DNA of 64,000 nucleotides from Labilithrix sp. (GTDB lineage: Bacteria > Myxococcota_A > Polyangia > Polyangiales > Polyangiaceae), in contig JAQBQJ010000219.1 in NCBI GenBank assembly GCA_028287065.1, positions 14,293-78,292 on the forward strand, given 5' to 3'. The notes under the pieces were generated by a model. The model saw only the letters and a program-made list of their open reading frames with translations, was not told where the DNA came from and ran no database searches. Positions 37,956 through 47,793 of the stretch are shown here, piece by piece. The translations under genes and the position numbers were made by a program. Position 1 is the first letter of the stretch, and each line of letters begins with the position of its first letter.

Positions 37956-40787
37956 TCAGCGGCGCTTGCCTTTCTTGCCGGCTTTGCGTCCGCCTCCGCC
38001 GCTCTTCTTGCCTTTGGGGGCGGGGCCGGCGCTCGCTTGCGCGGGGCCGCGGCCGCGTTCGCCTCCGCCTCCGCGCGCGTTGCGATCACGATCGCCTCCG
38101 CCCGAGCGGCCGCGATCCTTGCCGCCTTTGCTACCGAAGGCTGCGCCCGGGCCGCCGGCGCCACGGCGCGGGCCGCCTGGACCGCCGCGATCGGCGCTCT
38201 GCCGGCGCGCGAGCGCGTCGTCTGCCGCGTCGGCCTCGCTCCGTACGCGCTTCGCGTAGACCGTGCGGCGGAGGATGGCGCAGTCCGTGATGTCGACCAG
38301 CATGCGATCGCCGAGGCGGATCGCGTCGCCCGAGCGCGAGCTCGTGGCCATCAGGCCGTCGTCCTCGATCTGGTAGTCGGCGCCCATGTCCTCGACGCGC
38401 ACGAGCACGTCGACGAACGGCTCGTCGAGCGTGACGAACGCGCCGGTGCCGACGAACGCGGACACGGTGCCCTCGAAGCGCTCGCCGATGTGATCGATCA
38501 TGTAGAAGCAGCGATAGATGTCGACGATCTCGCGCTCGACCTCCATCGCGCGTCGCTCGGCGAGCGACGACTGCGTCGCGGCCTCCGTGAGCTTCTCGAT
38601 GTCGCCGACGGCGCCGATGCCCTTGCGGTGGCCTCGCCTGTGCTCCGGGTCGACCGCCGCGTGCACGATGCGATGCACGACGAGGTCGGGGTAGCGACGG
38701 ATCGGCGACGTGAAGTGGAGGTACGCCTCCGAGGCGAGCCCGAAGTGCCCGAGGTTCTGCACGTCGTACGTCGCCTGCTTCATCGAGCGAAGCAGCAGGT
38801 TGTTGAGGACGTTCGACAGCGGGTGCGTCGCGAACTTCTTCAGGAGATCGGCGAGGCCCTTGGGCGTCTGCGTGTTCTCGACGTCGAACTCGACGCCGAG
38901 CATCTCGCACATCGCCGCGAGCTTATCGAGCTTCTTGGGATCGGGCGGGAGGTGCACGCGGTACACGCCCGGCAGCTCGTGCTCGAGCAGCCACCGCGCG
39001 ACGACCTCGTTCGCGAAGATCATCAGCTCCTCGATGAGCTGATACGCCTTCTTCATCCCGGGATCGCCCGAGCGCTTGCTCACGGAGATCGGCTTGCCCT
39101 CGTCGTCGAGCTTCACGACGGCCTCGGGTAGATCGAAGTCGAGAGCGCCGCGCTTCATGCGCTTGCTGCGCAGCAAGCGCGAGCACTCGGCGGCGACCTT
39201 GAGCCCCTCGACCATCGCGTCGGCCTTGGGATCGCGCTTCGGGATCTCGGTGAAGCCGAGCGCGCGCGCCACGCCGCCGTACGTGAGCTTCGCGGCGCTC
39301 TTCATGTAGCCGCGCACGAGGCGCGTCTTCTCGACGTTGCCCTTCGCGTCGAGCACCGCGTGCACGCAGAGACAGAGGCGCACGACGTCCGGGAGGAGCG
39401 AGCACAGGTTCGACGACAGCGCGCGCGGAAGCATCGGGATCGCGCGGTCGGGCAGGTAGATGCTGCAGCCGCGCTTCCGCGACTCCTCGTCGATGTGCGT
39501 GCCGGGGAGCACGTACGAGCTCACGTCGGCGATCGCGACCCATAGCTCGTAGCCGCCGTTCTTCGTGCGCTCCACCCACACGGCGTCGTCGTGATCGCGG
39601 GCGTCCTCGGGATCGATCGTCGGCAGCGGGATGTGCGTCAGGTCCTCGCGACCGACGAGCATGTCCTCGGGCACGGTGGGCCCGTAGGCTTCGGCCTCGG
39701 CGATCGCCGCGGGCGAGTGCACCTCGTCGATGCCGTGGATGAGGATGACCTTGCGCGTCTCGACGGAGAGCTCGCCCGGCGCGCCGAGCACCGCGAGGAG
39801 CTTGCCCTCGGGGTTCTCGTCGTTGGTCTCGGGGAAGCGTGTAATCTGCACGACGACGACCTGGCCGTCCTTGCCGCTGTTGCCTTCGCCCTCGGCGCTG
39901 GTCTTGTCGATCTCGCTCGTGAGGACGACGGGGCCCTTCATCCGCGGGTCGTCGAGCTCGACCCATGCGCTCTTGCCGCGGCGACGAAGGATGCCGGACA
40001 CGCGCTGCGAGCCGCGCGCCTTGATCTCGACGATGGTACCTTCGGGGCCACGTGAGCCGCGCGCGACGATGTCGATGACGACGTGGTCGCCGTGCATCGC
40101 TCCGCCGAGGTTCTCGGGCGAGATGTAGACGTCGTCGCCGCTCGCGGTCGGGCTCGAGACGAAGCCGAAGCCGCGCGGATTGACCTTGAGGAAGCCCTCG
40201 CGGCGCTCGCGATCGCTGCGGCCGCCGCTCTTCGCAGGCGCGCGCTTGCCGGTGTCGCGATGCTCGACGCGTGCGGGCGACGCCGTGACGGTCGTTCCGC
40301 CGGCGACCTGGAACTTCGGCATGCCGCGTTCTTCCTGGCGAGCGTCCTGACGGCTGCGTCGTGCTTCCTGCGCGTGCGCGCGTGCGTCGGGGCTGCTCTG
40401 CGCGTCGTTGCTGCGGCGGACGTCGTTGCCGCCGCGCTTGCCGCCGCGCCCGAGATCCTTCGGCAGGGGCTTGAGGCTCTTCTTGTTGCCGCCGCCGCCG
40501 CCGTTGTGGACCGGCTTGCTCTCGGTGCGCACGTGAGGCGCGGACCTCTCGGACCTCTCGGACCTCTCGGACTTCTCGGGCGCCTTGTCGGTGGCGCCGA
40601 GCTTGAACTTGTCACCGCGCGCCGTCACGACGCCGTCGAAGACGAGGTTGTCGAGCATGCGAAGCAACCCGTCCTGACTCGCCGGCGCGACGCCGAGGCG
40701 ATCGGCGAGCTCACGCGCGTCGAGCGCACGATCCTGGCTCTTGAGCAGTTCCAGCACGGCCGTGCGGGATGGCAGGGGTTTGCGCAT
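37956..40787 (-). CDS. rnr: Ribonuclease R
   Basis: N-terminal HTH, CSD (RGFGFV), TIDPEDARDHDDAV, HFTSPIRRYPD, S1 domain, basic tail. Confidence 0.95.
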   Translation of the reverse strand: MRKPLPSRTAVLELLKSQDRALDARELADRLGVAPASQDGLLRMLDNLVFDGVVTARGDKFKLGATDKAPEKSERSERSERSAPHVRTESKPVHNGGGGGNKKSLKPLPKDLGRGGKRGGNDVRRSNDAQSSPDARAHAQEARRSRQDARQEERGMPKFQVAGGTTVTASPARVEHRDTGKRAPAKSGGRSDRERREGFLKVNPRGFGFVSSPTASGDDVYISPENLGGAMHGDHVVIDIVARGSRGPEGTIVEIKARGSQRVSGILRRRGKSAWVELDDPRMKGPVVLTSEIDKTSAEGEGNSGKDGQVVVVQITRFPETNDENPEGKLLAVLGAPGELSVETRKVILIHGIDEVHSPAAIAEAEAYGPTVPEDMLVGREDLTHIPLPTIDPEDARDHDDAVWVERTKNGGYELWVAIADVSSYVLPGTHIDEESRKRGCSIYLPDRAIPMLPRALSSNLCSLLPDVVRLCLCVHAVLDAKGNVEKTRLVRGYMKSAAKLTYGGVARALGFTEIPKRDPKADAMVEGLKVAAECSRLLRSKRMKRGALDFDLPEAVVKLDDEGKPISVSKRSGDPGMKKAYQLIEELMIFANEVVARWLLEHELPGVYRVHLPPDPKKLDKLAAMCEMLGVEFDVENTQTPKGLADLLKKFATHPLSNVLNNLLLRSMKQATYDVQNLGHFGLASEAYLHFTSPIRRYPDLVVHRIVHAAVDPEHRRGHRKGIGAVGDIEKLTEAATQSSLAERRAMEVEREIVDIYRCFYMIDHIGERFEGTVSAFVGTGAFVTLDEPFVDVLVRVEDMGADYQIEDDGLMATSSRSGDAIRLGDRMLVDITDCAILRRTVYAKRVRSEADAADDALARRQSADRGGPGGPRRGAGGPGAAFGSKGGKDRGRSGGGDRDRNARGGGGERGRGPAQASAGPAPKGKKSGGGGRKAGKKGKRR

Positions 40788-40893
40788 TCAGGGCCTTTTA
40801 CGCGAGCCGGCGCGGGGCGTCGCGGGGAATATTCTGCGTCCCGTCCGGCTACATCGAGTTAGCGTCTCGCTAACGTTCCCGCCGGAGGTCGAC

Positions 40894-41919
40894 GTGAGAA
40901 AGAGCCTTCCTTTCTGGGTTGTCATCGTCATCTGCGCCGTCGCGCTGGTGGCGAGCTCCCTGCTCTTGGTGGACTACGTGCGCCCGGCGCCCGTTTTCTG
41001 CGGCGCCGAAGGCGGCTGCGGCGTCGTGAAGCGTACGGTCTTTGCGTACCCGCTCGGGATCCCCACGCCCCTCATCGGCATCGGCGGATTCCTCGCGATC
41101 GGCCTCGCGCAGCTCCTTCCGGGTCGTCGCGCGCGCATCGCGCAGGCGGCGCTCGCGGGCATCGCGGGCATCGTTGCCGCAGGGCTGCTCGTCGTGCAGG
41201 CGATGATGAAGACGGTCTGTCCGTTCTGCTTCGTCGCCGACCTCTCGTCGCTCGTGCTGCTCGGCCTCTCCGTGGCGCGCCTTCGCCGCGAATGGGATCC
41301 CCCGACGCCGAAACGCCAGCTCTTCGCGGGCCTAGCCGTCATCCTTCTCTCCGTCTCTGCGCCCATCGCGGTCGGCATGTCGAAGAAGGCGATCCCCGCG
41401 GACGTCCCGCCGGCCATCGCCGAGGAGATGCGCAAGACACCGCGTGGAAAGATCACCGTCATCGACTTCGTCGACTTCGAGTGCCCGTTCTGCCGCATGA
41501 CGCACGCCGATTTCGGACCGCTGCTCGCCGAGCGCAAGGACAAGGTCCGCGTCGTACGGAAGCACGTGCCGCTACGCATGCACCCGCACGCGACCGACGC
41601 CGCGCGCGCCGCGTGTTGCGGCGAGAAGCTGGGGAAGGGAGAGGAGATGGCCGAGGCGCTCTTCACCACGCCGCCCGGGGAGCTCACGCCGGAGGGTTGC
41701 GAGCAGCTCGCGACGAAGCACGGTCTCGATCTCGCGCGCTTCAAGGAGTGCTTCGCGGATCCCCAGACGGACGCACGCATCCGCGCCGACGGCGACACGT
41801 TCCGCGCAGCGCACGGCCATGGTCTCCCGACGATCTACATCGAAGGCACGAAGCTCGAAGGCGCGCAGGAGCGCGAAGTCCTCCAGCGCACCCTCGACAG
41901 CGCGATCCGCGCGCTGTGA
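40894..41919 (+). CDS. Vitamin K epoxide reductase (VKOR)-DsbA/thioredoxin fusion
   Basis: GGAGG RBS; loop Cys pair CGAEGGC; membrane CPFC; DFECPFC and cis-Pro GLPT. Confidence 0.88.
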   Translation: MRKSLPFWVVIVICAVALVASSLLLVDYVRPAPVFCGAEGGCGVVKRTVFAYPLGIPTPLIGIGGFLAIGLAQLLPGRRARIAQAALAGIAGIVAAGLLVVQAMMKTVCPFCFVADLSSLVLLGLSVARLRREWDPPTPKRQLFAGLAVILLSVSAPIAVGMSKKAIPADVPPAIAEEMRKTPRGKITVIDFVDFECPFCRMTHADFGPLLAERKDKVRVVRKHVPLRMHPHATDAARAACCGEKLGKGEEMAEALFTTPPGELTPEGCEQLATKHGLDLARFKECFADPQTDARIRADGDTFRAAHGHGLPTIYIEGTKLEGAQEREVLQRTLDSAIRAL

Positions 41920-41935
41920 TTTCGTGAGACCCCGC

Positions 41936-42895
41936 TCAGGGCGTCTTCGTCTTGCAGATGCCGCCGCAATCGGCGCCGCCGTGGGCGGGATCGCAGGAGT
42001 CGTTCGGGTTGTCGACGCACTCCTCGTTGATGTCGTGGCACTGGAAGCCGGCGATGCCGCCGCAGAACTGGACGCACGTGCCGCTCGTGTCCGGGTTGAC
42101 GCCGGGCGAGTGCATGCAGTTGTAGTTGTCCGGGCACTGGTGCTGCGCGGCCGGCAGGAGGAAGCCGCCGCACTTGATGTCCTTCGGCTTCACGAGCTCG
42201 CACTTCTTCGTGGTGCGGTTGCACTCGGCCATCGAGTAGTCGGGCGCCTGCACGAAGAGCGGGCAGAACAGCGGTGCCGGGCACGCGAGGCTGTTCTTGT
42301 ACGCCTGCTCCTTGCCCGCGACGATCGCGGTCGAGCCGTAGTTCGAGCAGCAGGCCTTGTCGACCTTCACGCAGTCGGCGTCGACCTCGCAGCCGCTCAC
42401 GAAGTCGGCGGCGCCGCCCTTCAGCTCGACCTTGAACGTCATCGGGTCCTGCCAGTAGTCGCGGACGACGATGTAGTGCGTCGCGCTCGCGTTCGCGGGG
42501 AGCTTCACCTTCACGTGCGAATTGGTATCGCTCGCGGAGGCGTCGTCGTTCTTCGCGACGGTGCGCCAGTCGTTGTCGAGGATCCAGGTGACCGGGTCGC
42601 CGTTGTTCGATTTGACCGAGACCTCGATCTCGTCGCCGGCGTTGCCCGCGAACTTGAAGGCGCGATAACGCGGCGTCTTCGTGTACGGGGTGTTCGAGCT
42701 CGTCTGACCGTAGGTCAGCGAGCCGACGATCTTCGTGTCGCTCAGGCCGAACGCGGACGAGGTCTCGTCGGTCGCTTCGGCCTTTTCCTCGGACGCGGCG
42801 TCGTTGGACGACGCGGAGGAACAGGCCGTCGCGGCGAGCGACGTAAGAAGGAGAAGAGAAGCTACCGTTGCGGCAGAGATGAGTTTGGAAGTCAT
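41936..42895 (-). CDS. Cys-rich lipoprotein with PPC-like domain
   Basis: ATAC lipobox; FAGNAGDEIEV...KNDD; C-terminal CGGIAGFQC...GGADCGGIC. Confidence 0.8.
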   Translation of the reverse strand: MTSKLISAATVASLLLLTSLAATACSSASSNDAASEEKAEATDETSSAFGLSDTKIVGSLTYGQTSSNTPYTKTPRYRAFKFAGNAGDEIEVSVKSNNGDPVTWILDNDWRTVAKNDDASASDTNSHVKVKLPANASATHYIVVRDYWQDPMTFKVELKGGAADFVSGCEVDADCVKVDKACCSNYGSTAIVAGKEQAYKNSLACPAPLFCPLFVQAPDYSMAECNRTTKKCELVKPKDIKCGGFLLPAAQHQCPDNYNCMHSPGVNPDTSGTCVQFCGGIAGFQCHDINEECVDNPNDSCDPAHGGADCGGICKTKTP

Positions 42896-43074
42896 GGGTG
42901 CGGCCGCTGTAGCAAATTACGATGTAGGTGCAAGGCGTATCAGGTGCGAATTTTCGTGCGGCTACAGGGAATCGACCGGAGGCGGCTCCCGTCTGACCTT
43001 CGGTGCCGCGGGCTGGACCCGCGCATCTCTTATCGATTCGGCTAGGATCCTGCCCTCCCCGAGGTGATTGACTC

Positions 43075-43677
43075 ATGAAGCTTCGCTTTTTCCCGTTCGC
43101 CGTCGCGACTCTCGCCGCCCTCGCCCTCACCACTGCCGGCTGCGGCAAAGAGGTCGTTCGCGGCGCGAACGACCCGAGCATCGACGCGCACGCGCTGTCG
43201 ACGGGCCTCGACAAGGACGACATCCAGCGCGCCCTCCACGAGACGCTCAACAACCTGCGCGCGGCGCCGGTCATGAACGAGTGGCGCTCGACGAACCCGC
43301 CGCCGAACGTCGCGATCTTCCCGTTCCAGAACAGCACCAGCGAGCACATCGACTCGATGCTCGACGCGCTGCTCGGCGAGGCCGAGACGTGGCTCGTCGA
43401 GTCCGGCACCGTTCAGGTGATCTCGCGCGAGCGTCAGAACCAGATGATCCGCGAGGTCGAAGGCCAGCAGAACGCGGTCTTCAACCCTGCGCACACCGCG
43501 AAGTACGGCAAGCAGATGGGCGCGAAGTACCTGATCACCGGCAAGGTGTCGGGCAACGACGAGCGCTCCGAGGACATGCGTCGCGTGCAGTACTTCCTGT
43601 TCCTCCAGGTCATCGACGTCGAGACGTCGGCCATCAAGTGGCAGCGCAAGACGTACGTCACCAAAGCGATCAAGTAG
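43075..43677 (+). CDS. lpoB: Penicillin-binding protein activator LpoB-family lipoprotein
   Basis: TAGC lipobox; FQNSTSEHID, GKQMGAKYLITG, IDVETSAIKW. Confidence 0.8.
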   Translation: MKLRFFPFAVATLAALALTTAGCGKEVVRGANDPSIDAHALSTGLDKDDIQRALHETLNNLRAAPVMNEWRSTNPPPNVAIFPFQNSTSEHIDSMLDALLGEAETWLVESGTVQVISRERQNQMIREVEGQQNAVFNPAHTAKYGKQMGAKYLITGKVSGNDERSEDMRRVQYFLFLQVIDVETSAIKWQRKTYVTKAIK

Positions 43678-43682
43678 CGGTC

Positions 43683-45068
43683 GTGTCGCCAAAGCCGCTT
43701 TCGAAGTCGAGCCGGCTGCGCGATGCCGCCGCGCTCGTGGCTCTGGTCGTCAGCCCGTGGCTCGTCGGATGCGGCGGTCACACGGCGCGCACGCTCGAGA
43801 TGCGGACCGCGCTCGACGCCGGCAATGCCAACGGCGCGATCCATTCGCTGGACGAGGAGCTCGACGTCAAGGACGCGAAGGAGCTCCCGAAGGACATCAA
43901 GGGCGACAACGCGATCCTCGTGCTCGACCGCGCGAGCATCCAGCAGGGCGTCGCCGAATTCCCGCTCTCGAAGCGTGATTTCGAGGCCGCGGACAAGGCG
44001 ATCGACATGCTCGATCTCGCTCGAAACGCGGGCGATTCCATCGGCGAGTACGTCTTCAGCGGATCGTCGGGGCGCTACCAGGCGCCGCCGTACGAGAAGC
44101 TGATGATCAACACGCTCAACATGTTGAACTACCTCGAGACGCGCGATCTGAACGGCGCGCGCATCGAGGCGCGCCGGCTCTCGGTCATCCAGAAGTACTA
44201 CCGCGACAACCTCGAGCACAAAGACAACCCGGTGCTCGGTCTCGGCAGCATGCTCGCCGGCTTCACGTTCGAGAAGAGCGGCGAGATCGACGAGGCGCTC
44301 CGCTACTACGACGAGGCGCTCGCGTTCACCGGCTTCGGAACGCTCGGCGAGTCGGTCCGGAGGATCGCGCCGCAAGGTCAGTTCCGCAGCCCGCGCATCA
44401 AGTCGCTCCTCCACGAAGGCGAGACGCCGGCGCCCGGCGGTCCGCCCGCGGACGACGACTCCGGCGAGGTCCTGTTCGTCGTCGGCTACGGCCGCGTCGC
44501 GCACAAGATCGCGAACCGCATCCCGATCGGCCTCGCGCTCACGTACTTCGCAGGCTCGATCCAGCCGCACGACGCCGCCGCCGCGAACAAGCTCGCCGCG
44601 CAGGGCCTCGTCACGTGGATCAACTTCCCGTCTCTCGCGCCGGGCCGCGGCAAGTGGGACGTCCCCGCGTGTCAGCTCGACGGCCGCTACGTGCAGCTCG
44701 AGGAGGCGGTCGACGTCGATCGCGAGGTCCGCGCCGAGTGGAAGAAGATCGAAGGAAAGATCATCGTCAGCGCGATCACGCGCCTGATCGCGCGCGCGGC
44801 CGTCGGACAAGGCATCCAGACCGCGGCCGGGCGCGACAACATCGTCGGCATCCTCGCGTCGCTCGGCGCGCAGGCCACGCTCACGGCGCTCGACACGCCC
44901 GACACGCGCAGCTGGGAGACGCTCCCGGCGCGCATCGCGGTCGCGCGCATGCGTCTGCCGCCCGGCCGGCATCGCGTCGTCATCGACGCGCGCGGCTGGA
45001 AGCGAACGCAGGACGTCGTCGTCGAGAAGAACGGCTGGCAGGTCGTGTCGCTGATGGCGCTGCGCTGA
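43683..45068 (+). CDS. COG3014-family TPR lipoprotein
   Basis: LVGC; YEKLMIN..NYL, ARIEARR, PDTRSWETLP; follows lpoB. Confidence 0.8.
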   Translation: MSPKPLSKSSRLRDAAALVALVVSPWLVGCGGHTARTLEMRTALDAGNANGAIHSLDEELDVKDAKELPKDIKGDNAILVLDRASIQQGVAEFPLSKRDFEAADKAIDMLDLARNAGDSIGEYVFSGSSGRYQAPPYEKLMINTLNMLNYLETRDLNGARIEARRLSVIQKYYRDNLEHKDNPVLGLGSMLAGFTFEKSGEIDEALRYYDEALAFTGFGTLGESVRRIAPQGQFRSPRIKSLLHEGETPAPGGPPADDDSGEVLFVVGYGRVAHKIANRIPIGLALTYFAGSIQPHDAAAANKLAAQGLVTWINFPSLAPGRGKWDVPACQLDGRYVQLEEAVDVDREVRAEWKKIEGKIIVSAITRLIARAAVGQGIQTAAGRDNIVGILASLGAQATLTALDTPDTRSWETLPARIAVARMRLPPGRHRVVIDARGWKRTQDVVVEKNGWQVVSLMALR

Positions 45069-45079
45069 ACCGCGACTGA

Positions 45080-46027
45080 CTAACGCGCGGACTCGGCGCG
45101 CCGGAGCGCGAGTGTCGAGCCCCGCATGCCGTTTGCCAGCTGATCCTGCACCGCGCCCGACAACGTCTTCCCGAACTTGCCTCCCGCGATCACGCGCCAC
45201 GAACGTCCGAAGACCGCGAGGAGCTGCTCGGCCTCGTCGTCCTCGACGTCGCGCAGCTTCGCGAGGGCGCGCTTCGGCTTGCGCTGCTGCTCGACGACGG
45301 CGACGAGGGCGCGGCCCACGTGGTAATCGTGCAGCTCGCCGAGCTGGTCTTGCGCGAGCTGCAGCGGCTGGTCGAGGCGTGACGCGAGCCTGCCGAGCGC
45401 TCCGCCGAAGAAGTCGATCGCGTACCGCAGCTTCTTGATCGCGACGCGCAGCCGATGCAGCACGTCGAGCGACGCCGGCAGGACGACCTCGTACGCGAGC
45501 ACCGTCTCGTAGCGGCGGACGAGCACGCTCGAGGCGAAGTGGCGGACGAGGACGCGATGGTCGTCGCCGTGAGGGCCGGCCTTCGCGGAGACGCGGGCGG
45601 CGCGCCGGCCGAGCCTCGCGAAGAGCTGCACGGGATCCTGCTCGCGCATGACGGCGCGGAGGTGTTTTCTCGCGCGTTTTCCACGCGCGTCGAGCTCGCG
45701 ACGCAGCCCGCGGAGGCCCTTTTTGCCGAGGCGGCGTTGCTTCGCGATGCGCTTCGTGCGGTCGACGATGACATCGTGATCGCGCACGTCGCCGAGCGCG
45801 CGGAAGAGCAAGCCGAGCTGCTTGTCCTCACGGCGCAACGCGCCGTTGCCCAGGATCGTCTCCTCGAGCACCGAGAGCGCTGCGCGGATCTTCCGGATTC
45901 CCACGCGGAGGTCGTGCACGCCGTCGGCGTCGCCCTTCGCGGCGCGCTTGACCAGCCTGGATGCTTTCTTCAGTCGGCTGCTCAGCAGAGCAACACCTGC
46001 TTCACCGAGCGGCTGGTCCCCACGCAT
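45080..46027 (-). CDS. CHAD-domain (polyphosphate-binding) protein
   Basis: VHDLRVGIRKIR, LGDVRDHDV, LHRLRVAIKKLRY, QDQLGELHD. Confidence 0.9.
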   Translation of the reverse strand: MRGDQPLGEAGVALLSSRLKKASRLVKRAAKGDADGVHDLRVGIRKIRAALSVLEETILGNGALRREDKQLGLLFRALGDVRDHDVIVDRTKRIAKQRRLGKKGLRGLRRELDARGKRARKHLRAVMREQDPVQLFARLGRRAARVSAKAGPHGDDHRVLVRHFASSVLVRRYETVLAYEVVLPASLDVLHRLRVAIKKLRYAIDFFGGALGRLASRLDQPLQLAQDQLGELHDYHVGRALVAVVEQQRKPKRALAKLRDVEDDEAEQLLAVFGRSWRVIAGGKFGKTLSGAVQDQLANGMRGSTLALRRAESAR

Positions 46028-46097
46028 GGATCGCAGTGTGCACCGAGCACGGCCGTCGGGCGATGCGGTCTTCGACCCCACGTGCTAACGAGAGGCC

Positions 46098-46940
46098 ATG
46101 CAGGCGTACCTCGATCTGCTCCGCACGATCCTCGACCGCGGCAAGGACCGCTCGGATCGCACCGGCACCGGCACCCGCGGGATCTTCGGCCATCAGATGC
46201 GCTTCGATCTGCGCGACGGCTTTCCGCTCCTCACGACGAAGAAGCTCCACGTGAAGTCGATCATGCACGAGCTGCTCTGGTTCGTGCGTGGAGAGACCCA
46301 CGTGAAGCCGCTCCAGGATGCCGGCGTACGGATCTGGAACGAGTGGGCGACCGCCGAGCAGACCGCGCGCTTCGGACGCGGCGAAGGCGATCTCGGACCG
46401 GTCTACGGGCACCAGTGGCGCAACTTCGGCGCGACGCGCAGGCCCGACGGCACATACGAGAAGGACGGCGTCGATCAGCTGAAGCGCGTGCTCCACGACA
46501 TCGAGGAGAACCCGAACAGCCGGCGCTTGATCGTGACCGGCTGGAACCCGAAGGAAGCCGATCAGGTCGCGCTGCCGCCGTGTCACACGCTCTTCCAGCT
46601 CTACGTGCAGGACGGCGAGCTGTCGTGTCAGCTGTATCAGCGCAGCGCGGACGTGTTCCTCGGCGTTCCGTTCACCATCGCGACCGCCGCGCTGCTGACG
46701 ATGATGATCGCGCACGTGAGCGGCCTGCGCCCCGGCGACTTCGTCCACACCTTCGGTGACGCGCACCTCTACAAGAACCACCTCGAGCAGGCGAAGCTGC
46801 AGCTCACGCGAGCGCCGAAGAAGCTGCCGCACATGAAGATCAATCCGGACGCGAAGGACCTCTTCACGATGCGCTTCGAGGACTTCACGCTCGAAGGCTA
46901 CGACCCGCATCCGCACATCGCGGCCGAGGTGTCGGTATGA
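46098..46940 (+). CDS. thyA: Thymidylate synthase (variant PFTIATA motif)
   Basis: [39 protein letters not shown]. Confidence 0.95.
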   Translation: MQAYLDLLRTILDRGKDRSDRTGTGTRGIFGHQMRFDLRDGFPLLTTKKLHVKSIMHELLWFVRGETHVKPLQDAGVRIWNEWATAEQTARFGRGEGDLGPVYGHQWRNFGATRRPDGTYEKDGVDQLKRVLHDIEENPNSRRLIVTGWNPKEADQVALPPCHTLFQLYVQDGELSCQLYQRSADVFLGVPFTIATAALLTMMIAHVSGLRPGDFVHTFGDAHLYKNHLEQAKLQLTRAPKKLPHMKINPDAKDLFTMRFEDFTLEGYDPHPHIAAEVSV

Positions 46941-47419
46941 CCGAGCGCGCTCCGCTCGCGATGGTCGTCGCGATCGGCGACAACGGCGCGATCGGCAAGG
47001 ACGGCAAGGTGCCGTGGCGAATCCCCGAGGACCTGAAGCACTTCAAGAACGTGACGATGGGCCACGCCATCGTCATGGGCCGAAAGACCTGGGACGAGGT
47101 CGGGCGTCCGCTCCCCGGACGTCGCAACCTCGTCGTCAGCCGGCAGCCGGGCCTCGTGCTCGCGGGCGCGGAGGTGTTCCCCACGCTCGACGCCGCGATC
47201 GCTGCCGCCCGCACGACCGATGCGGAGCCGCACGTCATCGGCGGGTCCACGATTTACGAGGCGGCGATGCCCCTCGCCACCCGCATCCACCTCACCGAGG
47301 TCCATCGCAAGGTCGAGGCCGACACGTTCTTCCCGCCGTTCGATCGAAGCGTGTGGCGCGAGGTCGAGCGCCGTCCCGCCGAGACGGAAGGGGTGGAGTT
47401 CGTGACGCTCGAAAGGTAG
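46937..47419 (+). CDS. folA: Dihydrofolate reductase
   Basis: [39 protein letters not shown]. Confidence 0.96.
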   Translation: MTERAPLAMVVAIGDNGAIGKDGKVPWRIPEDLKHFKNVTMGHAIVMGRKTWDEVGRPLPGRRNLVVSRQPGLVLAGAEVFPTLDAAIAAARTTDAEPHVIGGSTIYEAAMPLATRIHLTEVHRKVEADTFFPPFDRSVWREVERRPAETEGVEFVTLER

Positions 47420-47430
47420 AACGGCGGGAC

Positions 47431-47793
47431 GTGCTCGCGCGCCTCTCCGCCGTGTCCTTCGTCTCGGTGTCGCTGCTGTTCGGCGTCGTGACGCTCGCTC
47501 CGTCGACCGGCGGTTGCGGCCGCGCCGTCGAGCCTGCGAATCGTCCGATCGACCGATGCGTGCACTCCTGCACGGCGCGCGTGAGCCGCGAGTGCTCGGC
47601 CGACGAATGCGCGCGCGGTTGCGAGTTCATCCTCGACCGCCTCCTCGAGAAAGAGGGCGACAACGTGATCGCGTGCGTCGCGCGCGCGCCCCGGCGCTGC
47701 AGCGACATCGTATGGGCGGACTGCGCGGCGAGAATCGGCGTGCACGCCGACGGCGGACCGCCCGAGCCTCCTCCGCCCACGGACGAAGAATGA
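47431..47793 (+). CDS. Small Cys-rich lipoprotein-like protein
   Basis: GTG start; hydrophobic leader, GGCG, several Cys; ATGA coupling to next gene. Confidence 0.65.
   Translation: MLARLSAVSFVSVSLLFGVVTLAPSTGGCGRAVEPANRPIDRCVHSCTARVSRECSADECARGCEFILDRLLEKEGDNVIACVARAPRRCSDIVWADCAARIGVHADGGPPEPPPPTDEE

Noticed and set aside
40542-40570. 9-bp repeat in rnr (SERSERSER)
   Set aside because: Ordinary slippage in a disordered linker.
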